Below, piece after piece: positions 40,058 through 53,906 of a stretch of DNA of 64,000 nucleotides; position 1 is the stretch's first letter, and each line of letters opens with the position of its first letter. The DNA is from Eledone cirrhosa. Its lineage: Eukaryota. Where the stretch lies: assembly GCA_964016885.1 (NCBI GenBank), contig OZ024742.1, positions 27,342,001 through 27,406,000 of the forward strand, given 5' to 3'. A model generated the notes under the pieces. That model did no database searches and was not told where the DNA came from. It was given only the letters and a program-made list of their open reading frames with translations. Position numbers and translations under genes: made by a program.

Positions 40058-40200
40058 GAAGGCACATGGCTTAGTGGTTAGAGCATTGAGCTTGCAATCG
40101 AAAAGTTGTGAGTTCAATTCTCGGACCGGGTGATGTGTTGTTTCCTTGAGCAAGACACTTTATTTCAAAGTTGCTCCAGTTTACTCAGCTGTAGAAATGA
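40058..40200 (+). mobile_element. tRNA-derived SINE family 2 (CORE-like), representative copy
   Basis: A box TGGCTTAGTGG, B box GAGTTCAATTC, then ccttgagcaagacactttatttc. Other copies at about 13264-13385(+), 24055-24300(+), 40360-40505(-), 49620-49912(-) and 52350-52680(-). The CORE assignment is from recalled motif similarity only. Confidence 0.78.
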
Positions 40201-40780
40201 GATGATAGGACTGGGGTCCCTATCATTAAATTACCCAAGACACCTCCAACGAGATATACCTTGGAGGAGACCAGCTAAACCTGCATAGGTGTGATCTGTC
40301 ACATACTGTCACACATACTCACTCAGGAAACCACTCCATCGCAGGGTTAAACCCCCACCTATTGTTTATCCTCATTTTCAGCTGAGTATACTGGAGCAAC
40401 CTGAAATAAAGTGTTTTCCTCTAGAACACAACATACCAACGATTCCAGGAATCTAACCCACGACATTATCATCTTACGCCCAAAACGGTTACTATTAGGC
40501 CACGCGAAAATTTAGTGGAAATGAATGCGTCCTGAGTTCGTAATTTCTGTCTAGGATGTTTCCGTAGTGAAAATAATTTCCGTGTTTTTCAAACATACAT
40601 AAATCACAAAATTACAAAATTGGTTGAATGTTGTAAACGGGATGTCGAAATCGAAACATTTATCAACCTTTATTATTCCAAAATATAAGACAGTGAATTA
40701 CAATGTCGGGTAGATTGCTTTGCAATATGCGTATCGTTTCTCTGCACTTTGAGTTCAAATCCCGACGATCTCTCTTTCTC

Positions 40781-40852
<72 letters not shown>

Positions 40853-43317
40853 GTCTTCTCTCTGGAGGAAATCGGTTGTATTCAGATCAGGAAAGGGATA
40901 GGCTTCGCCGGGTTTCAAATACCATCAGGAGTTTTGCGTCCACACATAGACTCCTAAATATATTTTGACACAGTAATGTATGTGTATGTGACAGGCTTTC
41001 TGGATATGTGGGTTCGTTGTATATTAATTCAATAAGTGTTCTGTTAAATGGGTGGTGAATTGGCAATATCGATATAGTGTCGGAGATCAGGCTTTGCGGC
41101 ATATAGTTACGTCCCTTTATGTTATGACTTCAAATCCCACCGAGGTTAGCTTTGACATTCATCTTTACAGGTTTGTTAAAATAAAGTACTAGTAATACAC
41201 TGATATCGATTTAATTGACTTCTCTTTATCTAAGATTGCTGGCCTTGTGCCTAAATCAGAAACTATTATGTTTGCTGATAAACAATTCCATACTTTTCTG
41301 GTTTGTATATTTACTGGTGGCAGTTTAGCACCATTGATCAGAATGTAATACATTATTAAGTAATTAACTGTAATATAAGTGCAGGCATTCGTGAATGGTA
41401 ACGGAGTTTGTTTCTCATCCATGTGATTTTAGATTCACACACAATACGTGACAACTTGATCTACTATAATCTCGGGTTGACCAAAGTCATTTGAATGGAA
41501 TTTGTTAGAGGGACACCACAGAAGCCCATCTCACACACACGCACACACACAATCATGTATATATATGTGTGTGTGTGTATATGCTGTATATATATAAAGA
41601 GAGAAAAAGGGGCAATGTGTGTGTGTGTGTCTTTTATCTCTGTTTATGGCCCTTAACAAAATCGGATCGATAAAATAAATACTTGTGTTTATATGATATA
41701 CTTACAGGACGTGCCCCAGCATGTCCACAGTCTTATGACTGAAACCAGTAAAAGGTTAAAAGAGTATACCTTTTTATACAAATATCAGTAAAATAATTGC
41801 TCCACTTATCCCACACATAGGCCGCGAATTGACAGAGTTATTAGAACGTCGGATAGAGTGTTTATGATATTTGATCCGGCTCTCCGCGCTTTGAGTTCAA
41901 ATCCCACCAAGGTCAACTTTGTTTTTCATCCATACTAGGTCGATAAAAAATACCAGTCTAATACTGGGATCAATTATTTCTCTATATCTCTATCGCACTT
42001 CCTCTCTCTCACTTTATGACTTTCTCTGGAAGAAATCTGCTGTACTCAGGCCTGGGGAGGGATGGGCTCCGCGAAGTTTAAAATGCCATAGAAACGGTCA
42101 AAATGGTGCCTCTACGACTCCATCAGACTTTTCGAGACCATACCATACCATAGCACACCATCCCACACATTGTCATGACATTTTACAATCATGAATGTTC
42201 TTAAATGTTCATAATGTTTTAATGAATTTGTAGCGGCAAATACATTAATTTACAACTAAATTTTAATTTCCACTCCATAAAATATTCTAGATTATTTAAT
42301 TTTCCCCTCTATTTCTTCTTCACCTTATCGGGCCCTCATTTCTTCTTCTCTCAGATTTCACCGCCATTTTATAAACATATCACAATATAAGTCATTTTGA
42401 AACAATTTACTACACAATAAACCGTGATACGTTACTTTTTACTCCCAATAGTGTCTCCTTTTATGTATCAATGTCATACATCATCGATATTGAGACAAAA
42501 TGTCTCTAAAGATACGTTTAACCTTTAAACTTTTGAATTATTCTCTCATCTTTCCTCTCCAATAATTAAACACACCATTCATACAATCCCCCATTTATAC
42601 GCATTCAGCTTGATTTTTAATTATTTTTCTCTTTTATTTTTCTATCCTTCATTTTTTCTAACCTATGTTTATCTTCTATTTTTTCTTTCTCTCATTCTTT
42701 TCTCTTCACCTCTGCTAGCCAACACTTTATATAAAAGCTTCTTTATCAACGTCAACTCTATTGATTCCTAACATCATATTACGTATATACTTTCAAATAT
42801 TTTCTTACTCCGAAAGAGGACCGCCGTTATACAACAAACGTTGGACGCAGCATGGACGAGTGGGTATTAAGTATATGCTTTCAAATATTTTCTTACTCCG
42901 AAAGGGGACCGCTATCATAAAACAGACATTGGACGCAGCATGGACGAGTGGGTATTTAGTGGGTATAAGGTTCCGGAATCCTTGTCCATATCCAGCGCCC
43001 ATAGGTGAGACAGCAAGCACAACTTCACGCCAACAGTCTCCGCTTCCCATCGAGGTTTGTAGGTTGTTCATTTCAATTCCAGTGTCTCTGAGCTTTCTGG
43101 TAGAGGAGATCTCCCACAAGAGAACTGAAACCATCTCATCTTTTGCACAAAAGCAGTGATCACCAAACCTTGTACGACATACAGTCAGTCGTGTATTTAA
43201 TTTAGGTTTCGGTAGTATCTACTGTTTGCAAAATAATCCAAAACATCCTTTAGGATCAAATACTTGTTTTCCTTGTTAAATTTACTAAAATGACTTTCTT
43301 CTCTGTTTTATTTGCAG

Positions 43318-43446
43318 GAATTGGACAACAAGGAGAAGTATTAGTAATCCACAATGTTAGCCGCTATTGCGACGATGTTTATGAATGTGTAGCAAAGAAC
43401 GGTATTCCTCCAGTCGTTAGTCGAAAAATAAAAGTCTCCGTTGATT
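43318..43446 (+). CDS. Exon of the same gene: C-terminal half of Ig domain 2
   Basis: Acceptor tttatttgcag| and donor T|gtaaat; 129 nt, phase 1-1. Encodes (R)IGQQGEVLVIHNVSRYCDDVYECVAKNGIPPVVSRKIKVSVD; YECVAxNGxPP is a lachesin-family motif. Confidence 0.93.
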
Positions 43447-43969
43447 GTAAATATCACATTTCTTATACTAATTTTGTTTGAGTATTCTCTGCTATCGATC
43501 CATCCATTTAATCGACTTTCTCCTCCTTCAAACATTATTAGCTTGATAAATATTCTCTCAGAGAATTATCTCATCCTTGTAATAAAAGTTTGTTATGGGA
43601 TTCCCTACTTGATGATGTATTTTCAGAAATCTTACGGGTGGCATCATCTAATGTATTTGTAAAAGTTGCATCAACATATATTAATGGATTAGTTTTAACA
43701 GTATATCCATCCAATATATTTGTGAATGCCACTCCCAAAATTTCTCCAAATGTTAGTTTTAACAATATATTCATCCAATATATTGTCATGATGTGATGTT
43801 TGTGTGTAGATGAAATGTATGAAACATTGAAGATAAACAGCAATTTGACCTTGATATAAAAAAGTTTGAGCTGTAGAGTAAACATGAAACATATACACCA
43901 GGTCGCAACACAAAGTAACCAAAGTACTACTGTCACAGCTCCATCTATCCCACTCTCCCTATCTCTCAC

Positions 43970-44228
43970 TATAATGAGCAAATGGGGGTCCACGCGCTGG
44001 CCGCCACGCGACCTCGGTGGACAGAATTCAGAAGGCGTTTCCCCAGAGGTTGGTGAGGGAGACGCGCTGGAAGAGCCATACCAGCTCGTGAGGCTCACAC
44101 CTGCGTGTAATGGTGGTGAGTAAGGAGGTGTGCCGATGGTGGTGAGTAGGGAGGTGGCCCTATGGCCAAGGAAACCAGAAGGCTCCACTGATACGAGCTC
44201 GACCGCAAACCTGTTGTAGAGTGACCGA
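43970..44228 (-). mobile_element. CRE-like RLE LINE extreme 3' fragment (third copy)
   Basis: Direct paralog of 39636-39888. Confidence 0.7.
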
Positions 44229-44658
44229 TATCTGGATTGAATGTTACTTCCAACATTTCCTCAGTCGTTAGTTTTAACAATATATCCATCCAATATTTTT
44301 GTACCTGCTAATCCCGACATTTCGTCAGAGGCTGATGTTTACAGTACATCCAGTTTTCATTTAATTTTATTTATTTAGTGTGCCACTGGCCATCTTCAGC
44401 AGAAATGCTTATGCCATTTTGACCTAAATGTAGAGTCTGTCACCCTCTCCCCTTCCTCCTTTTCTTCATTTGTCTAGTACCCCTTGTTCTTCCTCTCCTT
44501 TTACTCTCATTGATGACATTTATAGTACCTATCCATTGGTGCTTTCTTCTTTTAAATAACATTTTATTTGTTATATTTGGGGAGGGTCATCTTTGTCCTA
44601 ACATTGCCAGTTGGTTTGGTTTTCATTTCAGTATTTTTATAACTTTCTTTATTTTCAG

Positions 44659-44946
44659 TTGCTCCAGAGGTTCAGTTAAGAAATAAACGTATTGGGCAAG
44701 TAAGGGGTCGAGAAACAATATTGGATTGTCGGATTACTGCTTCACCGCAGGGAGTGACAGTATGGAAGCGAAATGGTAATGAACTAGTTAACAATGATAA
44801 ATACAGCATTGAAGTATTTAATGAAGGAGGACATACTATAACTCTAAGTCTTCGTATAACTCAAATAAAGGGAAGTGATTTTGGAGACTATACATGTTCA
44901 GCATCGAATCACCTTGGAGGCGACAAAGAAACGATGGTACTCTACG
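44659..44946 (+). CDS. Exon of the same gene: Ig domain 3
   Basis: Acceptor tattttcag| and donor G|gtatgt; 288 nt, phase 1-1. Encodes (F)APEVQLRNKRIGQVRGRETILDCRITASPQGVTVWKRNG...LSLRITQIKGSDFGDYTCSASNHLGGDKETMVLY. Confidence 0.94.
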
Positions 44947-45039
44947 GTATGTCAAAACATTTCTATTATTGTTTTTATACTTATTACTAATATGTTTGTT
45001 ATTACTGTTGTTGTTTTTAGTTGTTATTATTATTGCTGT

Positions 45040-46580
45040 TATGCATAGAGTTATGGCCCTGTGCGTTCTGAGTTCAAATCCCGCCGAGGTTAACTTTGCC
45101 TTTCATCCTTACGGGGTCGATAAAATAAAGTACCAGTAATGCACTGGGTAATTGCTGGCCTTGTGCCAAAAGTAGAAACAATTATTATTGCTGTTATGCA
45201 TAGAGTTATAGCCCTGTACGTTCTGAGTTCAAATCCATCCAAGGTTAGATTTGCCTTTCCTCCTTACGGGGTCGATAAAATAAAGTACCGGTAATGCACT
45301 GGGATCGATTTAATCGACTTTCCCCTCTCCCAAAATTGCTGGCCTTGTGCTTATATAAGAAACCATTATTATTGCTGTTAAGGGCGGTGGATTGGCAGTA
45401 TCGGTAGAGGGTCGGGCGCAATGCTTTTCAGCAATGAGTTACGGTCCTTTATTATCTGAGTTCAAATCCAGCCGAGGTTAACTTTGCCTTTCATCCTTAC
45501 GGGGTCGATAAAATAACGTACCAGTAATACATTAGGTAATTGCTGGCCTTGTGCCAAAAGTAGAAACAATTATTATTGCTGTTTTGCATAGAGTTATGGC
45601 CCTTTATGGTCTGAGTTCAAATCCAGCCGAGGTTAACTTTACCTTTCATCCTTACGGGGTCGATAAAATAACGTACCAGTAATACATTAGGTAATTGCTG
45701 GCCTTGTGCCAAAAGTAGAAACAATTATTATTGCTGTTTTGCATAGAGTTATGGCCCTTTATGGTCTGAGTTCAAATCCAGCCGAGGTTAACTTTGCCTT
45801 TCATCCTTACGGGGTCGATAAAATAACGTACCAGTAATACATTAGGTAATTGCTGGCCTTGTGCCAAAAGTAGAAACAATTATTATTGCTGTTTTGCATA
45901 GAGTTATGGCCCTTTATGGTCTGAGTTCAAATCCAGCCGAGGTTAACTTTGCCTTTCATCCTTACGAGGTCGATAAAATAGAGTACTAGTTATACATTAG
46001 GTAATTGCTGGCCTTGTGCCAAAAGTAGAAACAATTATTATTGCTGTTTTGCATAGAGTTATGGCCCTTTATGGTCTGAGTTCAAATCCAGCCGAGGTTA
46101 ACTTTGCCTTTCATCCTTACGAGGTCGATAAAATAGAGTACTAGTTATACATTAGGTAATTGCTGGCCTTGTGCCAAAAGTAGAAACAATTATTATTGCT
46201 GTTTTGCATAGAGTTATGGCCCTTTATGGTCTGAGTTCAAATCCAGCCGAGGTTAACTTTGCCTTTCATCCTTACGGGGTCGATAAAATAGAGTACTAGT
46301 AATGTACTGAGATAATTGCTGGCCATGTGCCAAATTTAGAAACAATTATTTTTGCTGTTATGAGGGTGGTGGATTGGCAGACAGTAGAGCATCGGACAAC
46401 ATGCTTTGTGGCATAGTTGTGGTCCTTTACATTCTGAGTTCAAATCCCGCCGAGGTTAGCTTTGCCTTTTATCCCTACGGGGTCGATAAAATAAAGCACC
46501 AGTAACATACTGGGGTCGATTTAATCAACTTACTCCTCCCCAAAAATGTCTGGCCTTGTGCCTATATCAGAAACCATTGT
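45040..46580 (+). repeat. Head-to-tail array of ~9 SINE family 1 units (155-bp period in the core)
   Basis: gagttatggccctttatggt recurs at 45591, 45746, 45901, 46056 and 46211; fuller copies with the A box start at ~45382 and ~46363. Confidence 0.92.
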
Positions 46581-46967
46581 TGTTGCTGTTATATTGTTAT
46601 TGTTATTTTGTTGTTATTGATGGTGGTGGTGAGAACAAAATATATTAGATTATTCTAGAAGGTCAAATTTTGTTTTGGTGATGTTGTTAGAGCTGTCTGT
46701 TCTTAGTTTTTGTTTTCTCATGTATGTTGTTTCCTCGTCCAATATAGTTTTATATTTTTATTTTCCTCCCTTTAAAACTCTCCAGTTATGCTTTAACAGT
46801 TACGTTCTTCTTTCAATAAAAATGTCTATACTTCCAGTCCATCATGTTTACATCATGTGTATTTTGTTATCACGTGTTTACATTGCATTAATATGTATTT
46901 TTGTTTCATTTCGCCACATGTTTTGTTTTTCTCTTTATGCTTCTGCGTTTATTTTTGTCATGTATTA

Positions 46968-47692
46968 TCTAGCTGACATGCGTCGAGTTAGCTGACATCT
47001 GTCGTGAGTCAGCTGGTATCTGTCGGAGGTCAACTAATATCTGTCGAGTTAGCTGACATCTGTCGAGAGTCAGCTGGTATCTGTCGAGAGTCAACTGACA
47101 TCTGTGGAGTTAGCTGACATCTGTCGAGAGTCAGCGGACATCTCTTGAGTTATGTAATCTCTCGAGTTAGCTGACATCTGTCGAGAGTCAACTAACATCT
47201 GTCGGGTTAGCTGACATCTGTCGAGAGTCAGCGGACAGCTATTGAGTTATGTCATCTCTCGAGTTAGCTGACATCTGTCGAGAGTCAACTGACATCTGTC
47301 GAGTTAGCTGACATCTGTCGAGAGTCAACTGACATATGTCGAGTTAGCTGACATCTGTCGAGAGTCAGCGGACATCTCTTGAGTTATGTCATCTCTCGAG
47401 TTAGCTGACATCTGTCGAGAGTCAACTGACATCTGTCGGGTTAGCTCACATCTGTCGAGAGTCAGCGAACAGCTCTTGAGTTATGTCATCTCTCGAGTTA
47501 GCTGACAACAGTCGAGAGTCAACTGACATCTATCGAGTTAGCTGACATCTGTCGTGTTGGCTGACATCTGTCGAGAGTCAACTGACATCTGTCAAGTTAG
47601 CTGACATCTGTCGAGAGTCAACTGACATCTGTCGAGAGTCAGCTGACATCTATCGATAGTCAGCTGACACCTGTCCAGTCAGCTGACATCGG
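46968..47692. repeat. 19/21-bp satellite (gagttagctgacatctgtc / gagagtcaactgacatctgtc)
   Basis: About 35 subunits visible. Confidence 0.92.
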
Positions 47693-47884
47693 TCTTCTGC
47701 GATCACTGGTTTAGTTTATTCAACATGTATATTGTTTTATGTTTCATTTAAATATGATTATATTTATTTCATAAGAACAGACCATAGATTTGTGTTTACA
47801 GTAGTGTTTACAGTTGTGTGAACGTTGATATTATTATTATTGCTGTTATAATTTTTCTCTTACCTTATGTTTCTTTTGTGTACT

Positions 47885-48440
47885 TTACATGTGATGTATT
47901 TTTTTGTTTATATCAATGTCCATTTTATTATCTCATGTAGTCATGTTTTTTTTCCTTTCATTTTTTGTTTACCTCTGTTAATTTTTAGCCAAGCATTCAT
48001 TTGTATAATTTACATGTGGTGTATTATTTTTGTCTATATCAATGTCTGTTTTATTACCTCATGTAGCCATGTTTTCTTTGGTTTCACTCTTCGCTTACCT
48101 CTGTTAATTTTTAACTAAGCATTCATTTGTATATATTTACATGTGGTATTTTTTTTTTTTGTCTATATCAATGTCTGTTTTATTACCTCATGTAGCCATG
48201 TTTCATTTTGTTTCATTCTTCGCTTACCTCTGTTTATTTTTAGACAAACATTCATTTGTATAATTTACATATGGTGTATTTTTTTGTCTATATCAATGTG
48301 TGTTTTATTATCTCATGTAGCCATGTTTTCTATCATTTCACTCTTCGTTTACCTCTCTTAATATTTATCCAAGAAATCATTTGTATAATTTACATGTGGT
48401 GTTGGTTTTTTTTTTCGTCCATATCAATGTCTGCTTTATC
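47885..48440. repeat. ~127-bp tandem repeat, 4-5 copies
   Basis: atcaatgt recurs at ~47912, 48038, 48167, 48292 and 48423. Confidence 0.85.
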
Positions 48441-48839
48441 TTTTATGCAGCTTTCTAATCCATTAAGATTTCACAAACCGACTTACGAGACAACGAGATT
48501 GTTCCGTACTGTCATCTATTTGGTATTTTAATTTGTTCCATTGTTTTATGTATTTTAAACATATATTGATTTGCATAGATTTTATGCATATGTTTTTAGT
48601 TTAAATGTCATGTTTTTTGTATATTTTCATGCGAATTTATTTTGTTTGTTTGTTTTTGTGTATTTTTGTTTGTTTGTTTTTTGTTTTATTTTTTTTATTA
48701 TATTCATTTCAAGGAGCCTTTGTGTTTATATTTATTTATTTACTTATATTTGAACATATGAAAAGTTTAAGTAAACGATTTTCGCTTTCACTCTTAAGAT
48801 TTTAATCTTATCAAATAATAAACACTCTCTCTACTGATA

Positions 48840-49269
<430 letters not shown>

Positions 49270-49915
49270 AGAATATGAAGGTGATGTTAGGCGTAGAAGA
49301 TAGAAACCCTCTCATATGACATATACATATACCTTCTAAACTGTAAAGAGCTGTCTTAAACTCACTGGTTTTTACAGTGTGAAACTAATAGAAAGTAAAT
49401 ATTCCCCGGATAAGTCGCTGGTCAATCCTCAGAAAAAGGTTGTACCAGTGGCCGTCATCTAAATTGGAATAAATCTCGGGTGATATTTTATATCATATGC
49501 AACCACAGTCTATTATTGTGATTTGAACTTGAAAAGAGATTTCGTCAATTTTTTAATAAACACATTCTCAGTTGGTAATGTTACTTAGACTCTGATCTGC
49601 ATTGGTAATATAAAAAGACCCTCTTCGGTCACGAGTGAGCATGGGATTCGCACTTAAAAAGTTGCCCTCCCAGGCACAAGTCCGACCAAGGACTTTGTGG
49701 AAGACCAGCAGTTACCCATACATACCTGCTTCCTCTCTCCACGCCACCGATGTTACTCAAGGGAAAGGCAATGACCGATACAGCTTGGCACCAGTGACGT
49801 CGCATTTCATTTCTACAGCTGAGTAAATTGGAGCAACGGGAAATAAAGTGTCTTGCTCAAGAACACAACACACAGTCGGATCCGGGACTCATACTCACAA
49901 CCTCACGCTCTAACC

Positions 49916-50200
49916 CAGTCATGGGCAACCTGCGGCCCGCAGGCCACATGCGGCCCGCGAAGCTTTCTGAATGGCTCGCCTAAGTCACTTAAGTAAAATA
50001 TTTCTGATTTTTTTTACCCCAACTTTTCAGTCGTAATTTATCTTTCTAACATTTTTACGATCGAGGAAAACAACGTGTACGAATTCTGAAGAAACCAGTC
50101 AAAACGACCTGAGTTACAACCCTTTTTTTATGTGGGCACGAATGTAAATTAGCGCTTGCGGACCGCCTGATGATGAGCCATATCTCATGTGGCCCGCATA
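49916..50200. mobile_element. hAT-Charlie-like MITE remnant
   Basis: Starts cagtcatgggcaacctgcggcccgcaggccacatgcggcccgc, a Charlie-type end; atgtggcccgc lies near the other end. Confidence 0.65.
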
Positions 50201-50834
50201 TAGACCTATAATCCAAACGTGTTCCAGCTGAATGCTACTATGCTGTTAAGCGCCATTGCATATCTTGGAGTCTATTACCCATTGTGTCCGTGCCATTTAA
50301 AGAAAGTAATTTGAACAATATTTTGTTGCTATTTCTAGCTCAAATGTTTTTGGAATTGTAAACCTATTTCAATTTGTAAATCATGCAGTATCCTAAGTTA
50401 CCATGTGATCATGCATGGGGTTGTTTGGTAGGAAAGAACTATGTAACCTATTGGGGTTGTTTGGTCGGAGACGACTATGTAAACTATTGATACTGAATAT
50501 CTGAATATCTCGTGACCCCCTACGTTATCACAACAATAATTTAGCTGAATCTTATGAAGTCATAATATCGAATGCATCCCTTATATTAGACGGATCTGGG
50601 TAACCTCATTAGATTCCCCTGTTACAATCTACTATGTTACAATGTATGGCTTGTTTACGTGTCTAACTGTTATTTCATCCATCCAGTCATCAAACTAGCC
50701 AATCACCTACATATAAAACATGGCACGCATTTACCAGTACATGTACTCATGACCCCTTTATAACTAAACACTCATTCATCCATATACCATTCCATCAATA
50801 TAGCCACACAGCCATTCACCCAGTAATCTATGTA

Positions 50835-51800
50835 TCGACTGGGCTGCTCAGTTTTTGAGGACATTTAGTAAAAGACGCATAAGTCATGAGAGAAGAAATG
50901 TTCTTTAAACAAAATTCGCATGAATAATCTTGAGACCATATTTGATACATCTGCATAATGAATCCTCCATTAGCTTAAACGTCCGCTTCAATACGATGTC
51001 TGAAACGCTGACATGTCTGAATCTTATCTATTTTGGGTATCGTATCACTTTTGGGGGAATTTAAGGATTTTATAATGTTATGGGTGCGTTGGTTTATTTC
51101 CTTCTCGAGTACACCTCATACGTAGTAATCCAATGGATTCAGGTCTGGAAATCTAAGACACCATATGTTTGGGGTGACATGATCGTGGAGATTAGTGTTG
51201 GTAGGTGTACGGTCTTCCTTTGCTCAGGCTCTCATTTCAAGGCCTCACAGCCATGTCCAACTCCTCCTCAGAGACAGCAGTATTGATCAAAGTTTTTTAT
51301 CATAACAAAAAAACAGAAATTATTTCAGGCTTTTGATGCATCAACTTGCTCAACAAGCACTTTGATTAAATCAGACGTTTTATGCAGGTATGTGTTAGCC
51401 ACTTCGCATCACATATAGCCACATATAGCTTATATCGAAGGTCTTGTTTGTGCATAATATTCATGATAGTTTGATTTGAGAACTTGTGCTCCTTAGCAAT
51501 GACGATAACTGAATTTGTGGGGTTCTTATCAATAATTTTCTGCATTTTTCGTATGAATCTAGGTGTTCTGATAATATTAGGAACGTTATCAATGGTTTTA
51601 CGTTTGGCTACAACTCTGGAATCTCGGTCAACTGCTTTCAGCTCTTTGTGATCTTCGACAACAACCGACCGTGCTAAATTCAGGAAGTGAGATATATCTA
51701 AATCACTAGACTCAGCCTTTATGGCAACTATTACTACGTGACTTTTAATTTTCTGAGTTAGTTTCATAGCTGTCATAATTTATCTGAAATGAAATGATAA
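50835..51800 (-). mobile_element. Decayed Tc1/mariner transposase
   Basis: HTH-like IRTPRFIRKMQKIIDKNP...IAKEHKFSNQTIMNIMH..DLRYK (51366-51776) and a W...PDLNPLDYYV motif at ~51120-51170. Confidence 0.75.
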
Positions 51801-52779
51801 TCAGAATATGTTAGGAAAATGTTAAAGATATTACGAGACGTTTCCTCAAGCATCTAACAATCCACACATCTATCCATCTATTCATCTTCTCATTAATTCC
51901 CACAACTATGCATCCAGCCCACCATCTTATCTATTATTTCCTATGAGCATACATCATTTAATCTACAAATCCTTCCCGCTATTCGTACAAGAATTCTACC
52001 ATCAATCTATTCAGGATATGTTGTCATATTACCCTGCTAACGAGTTATATCTACCACCTCCACAATTAACCTCTATAAAATATTACTCAATCTTAATTAG
52101 AATGTCATTGCTAAAGGTGCCAAGTTCCACACAAGAGAGATCTATACACAAACAGAAGATCTGTAAGAATATCAATATTGTTGTATGCTTAATTAATGCA
52201 GGAATAACAACTTGTTGATTGCCTGGTTTTAATTACTACGACTTTAAAACCTACAGATAGCAAATTTAATAAGACAGGAGCAAGCATCCAAATACAATAT
52301 CTGTGATGTGTATCACATCATGAGGACATGATGTTGTATCTGTAGCTAAGACCCCTTCGGTTACCAATGACTATGTGATTTGATACTAGGAAGTTTCCCT
52401 CCGAGGAACAAGTCCGGTCAAGGTTGTTTATGGAAGACCAGCAGTCGCCCATACACACCAGTCATACCTCTGCATGCCACCGATGTTACCCAAGGGAAAG
52501 GCAATGGCCAATACAGCTTGGCACCTGTGACATCACAACTAATTTCTAAAGCTGAGAGAACTGGAGCAACGTGAAATAAAGTGTCTTGCTCAAGGACACA
52601 ACACACAGCCCGGTCCGGGAAGGGATCTGACAACCCCAGGATTGTAACCCTGACGCTCTGACATACTAAACTATGTGCCTAAACATCTAAAGCAACTTAG
52701 ATCTCACTCTACATCCTACCTACTGAGTTGTACTTAAGTACTATTCCATTAAACCAGGACCTTCCCAATTGTGTAACCC

Positions 52780-53665
52780 ACCTGTACCATAGCTCATCAA
52801 CCCCACCACAGCACATCAACCCCACCACCACAGCTCATCAACCCCACCACCACCACCACCAACATTACCACAGCTCATCAGCACCCCACCACCACCACCA
52901 CCATTACCACAGCTCATCAACCCCAACCACAACCACCACAGCTCATCAACCCCACCACCACCATCACATTTCATCAATGCCACCACCACCACCACCACCA
53001 CCATCACAGCTCAGTAATCCTTCCTCACCTTCGTCCTGACAGCTCATCAACCCACCACTAGCACCATCACAACTCATTACCACCGTCACCACCACCATCC
53101 TCACATCTCAACAACCCCACCACTACCACCACTACCACCACCACCACCACCACCACCACCATCACCACATCTCAACAACACAACTACCACCACCTCCATC
53201 CTAACAGCTCAACAATCCCACCACCACCACCATCCTCACATCTCAACAACACCATCACCACATCTCAACAACACAACTACCACCACCTCCATCCTAACAG
53301 CTCAACAATCCCACCACCACCACCATCCTCACATCTCAACAACACCACCACCACATCTCAACAACACAACTACCACCACCTCCATCCTAACAGCTCAACA
53401 ATCCCACCACCACCACCATCCTCACATCTCAACAACACCACCACCACATCTCAACAACACAACTACCACCACCTCCATCCTAACAGCTCAACAATCCCAC
53501 CACCACCACCATCCTCACATCTCAACAACACCACTACCACATCTCAACAACACAACTACCACCACCTCCATCCTAACAGCTCAACAATCCCACCACCACC
53601 ACCATCCTCACATCTCAACAACACCACCACCACATCTCAACAACACAACTACCACCACCGCCATC
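52780..53665. repeat. CA-rich low complexity grading into a 93-bp minisatellite (~5.5 copies)
   Basis: acaactaccaccacc recurs about every 93 bp from ~53180 to ~53645. Confidence 0.88.
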
Positions 53666-53906
53666 AAATATCATCAACAACCCACCACCCCCATTACAGC
53701 TCTGTAACCCACCTTATCTCAGTTCTATTATATTACACCACCACCACCACCACCCTGATCATCATCATCATCTTCATCATCATCATCATCATTATCATCA
53801 TCATCATCACCTTCCACAGATATTAAATGATGAATTACTAAGAAAAGTTCCTGTTTGTTTTCTTTTTTTCTTTTTCTTTTTTTTTCCCCTCTTCTATTAT
53901 GGAAAG

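Noticed and set aside
42761-43159. 132-aa ORF upstream of the Ig2 exon
   Set aside because: Contains a local ~90-bp duplication and no recognisable domain; the flanking exons already join in frame without it.
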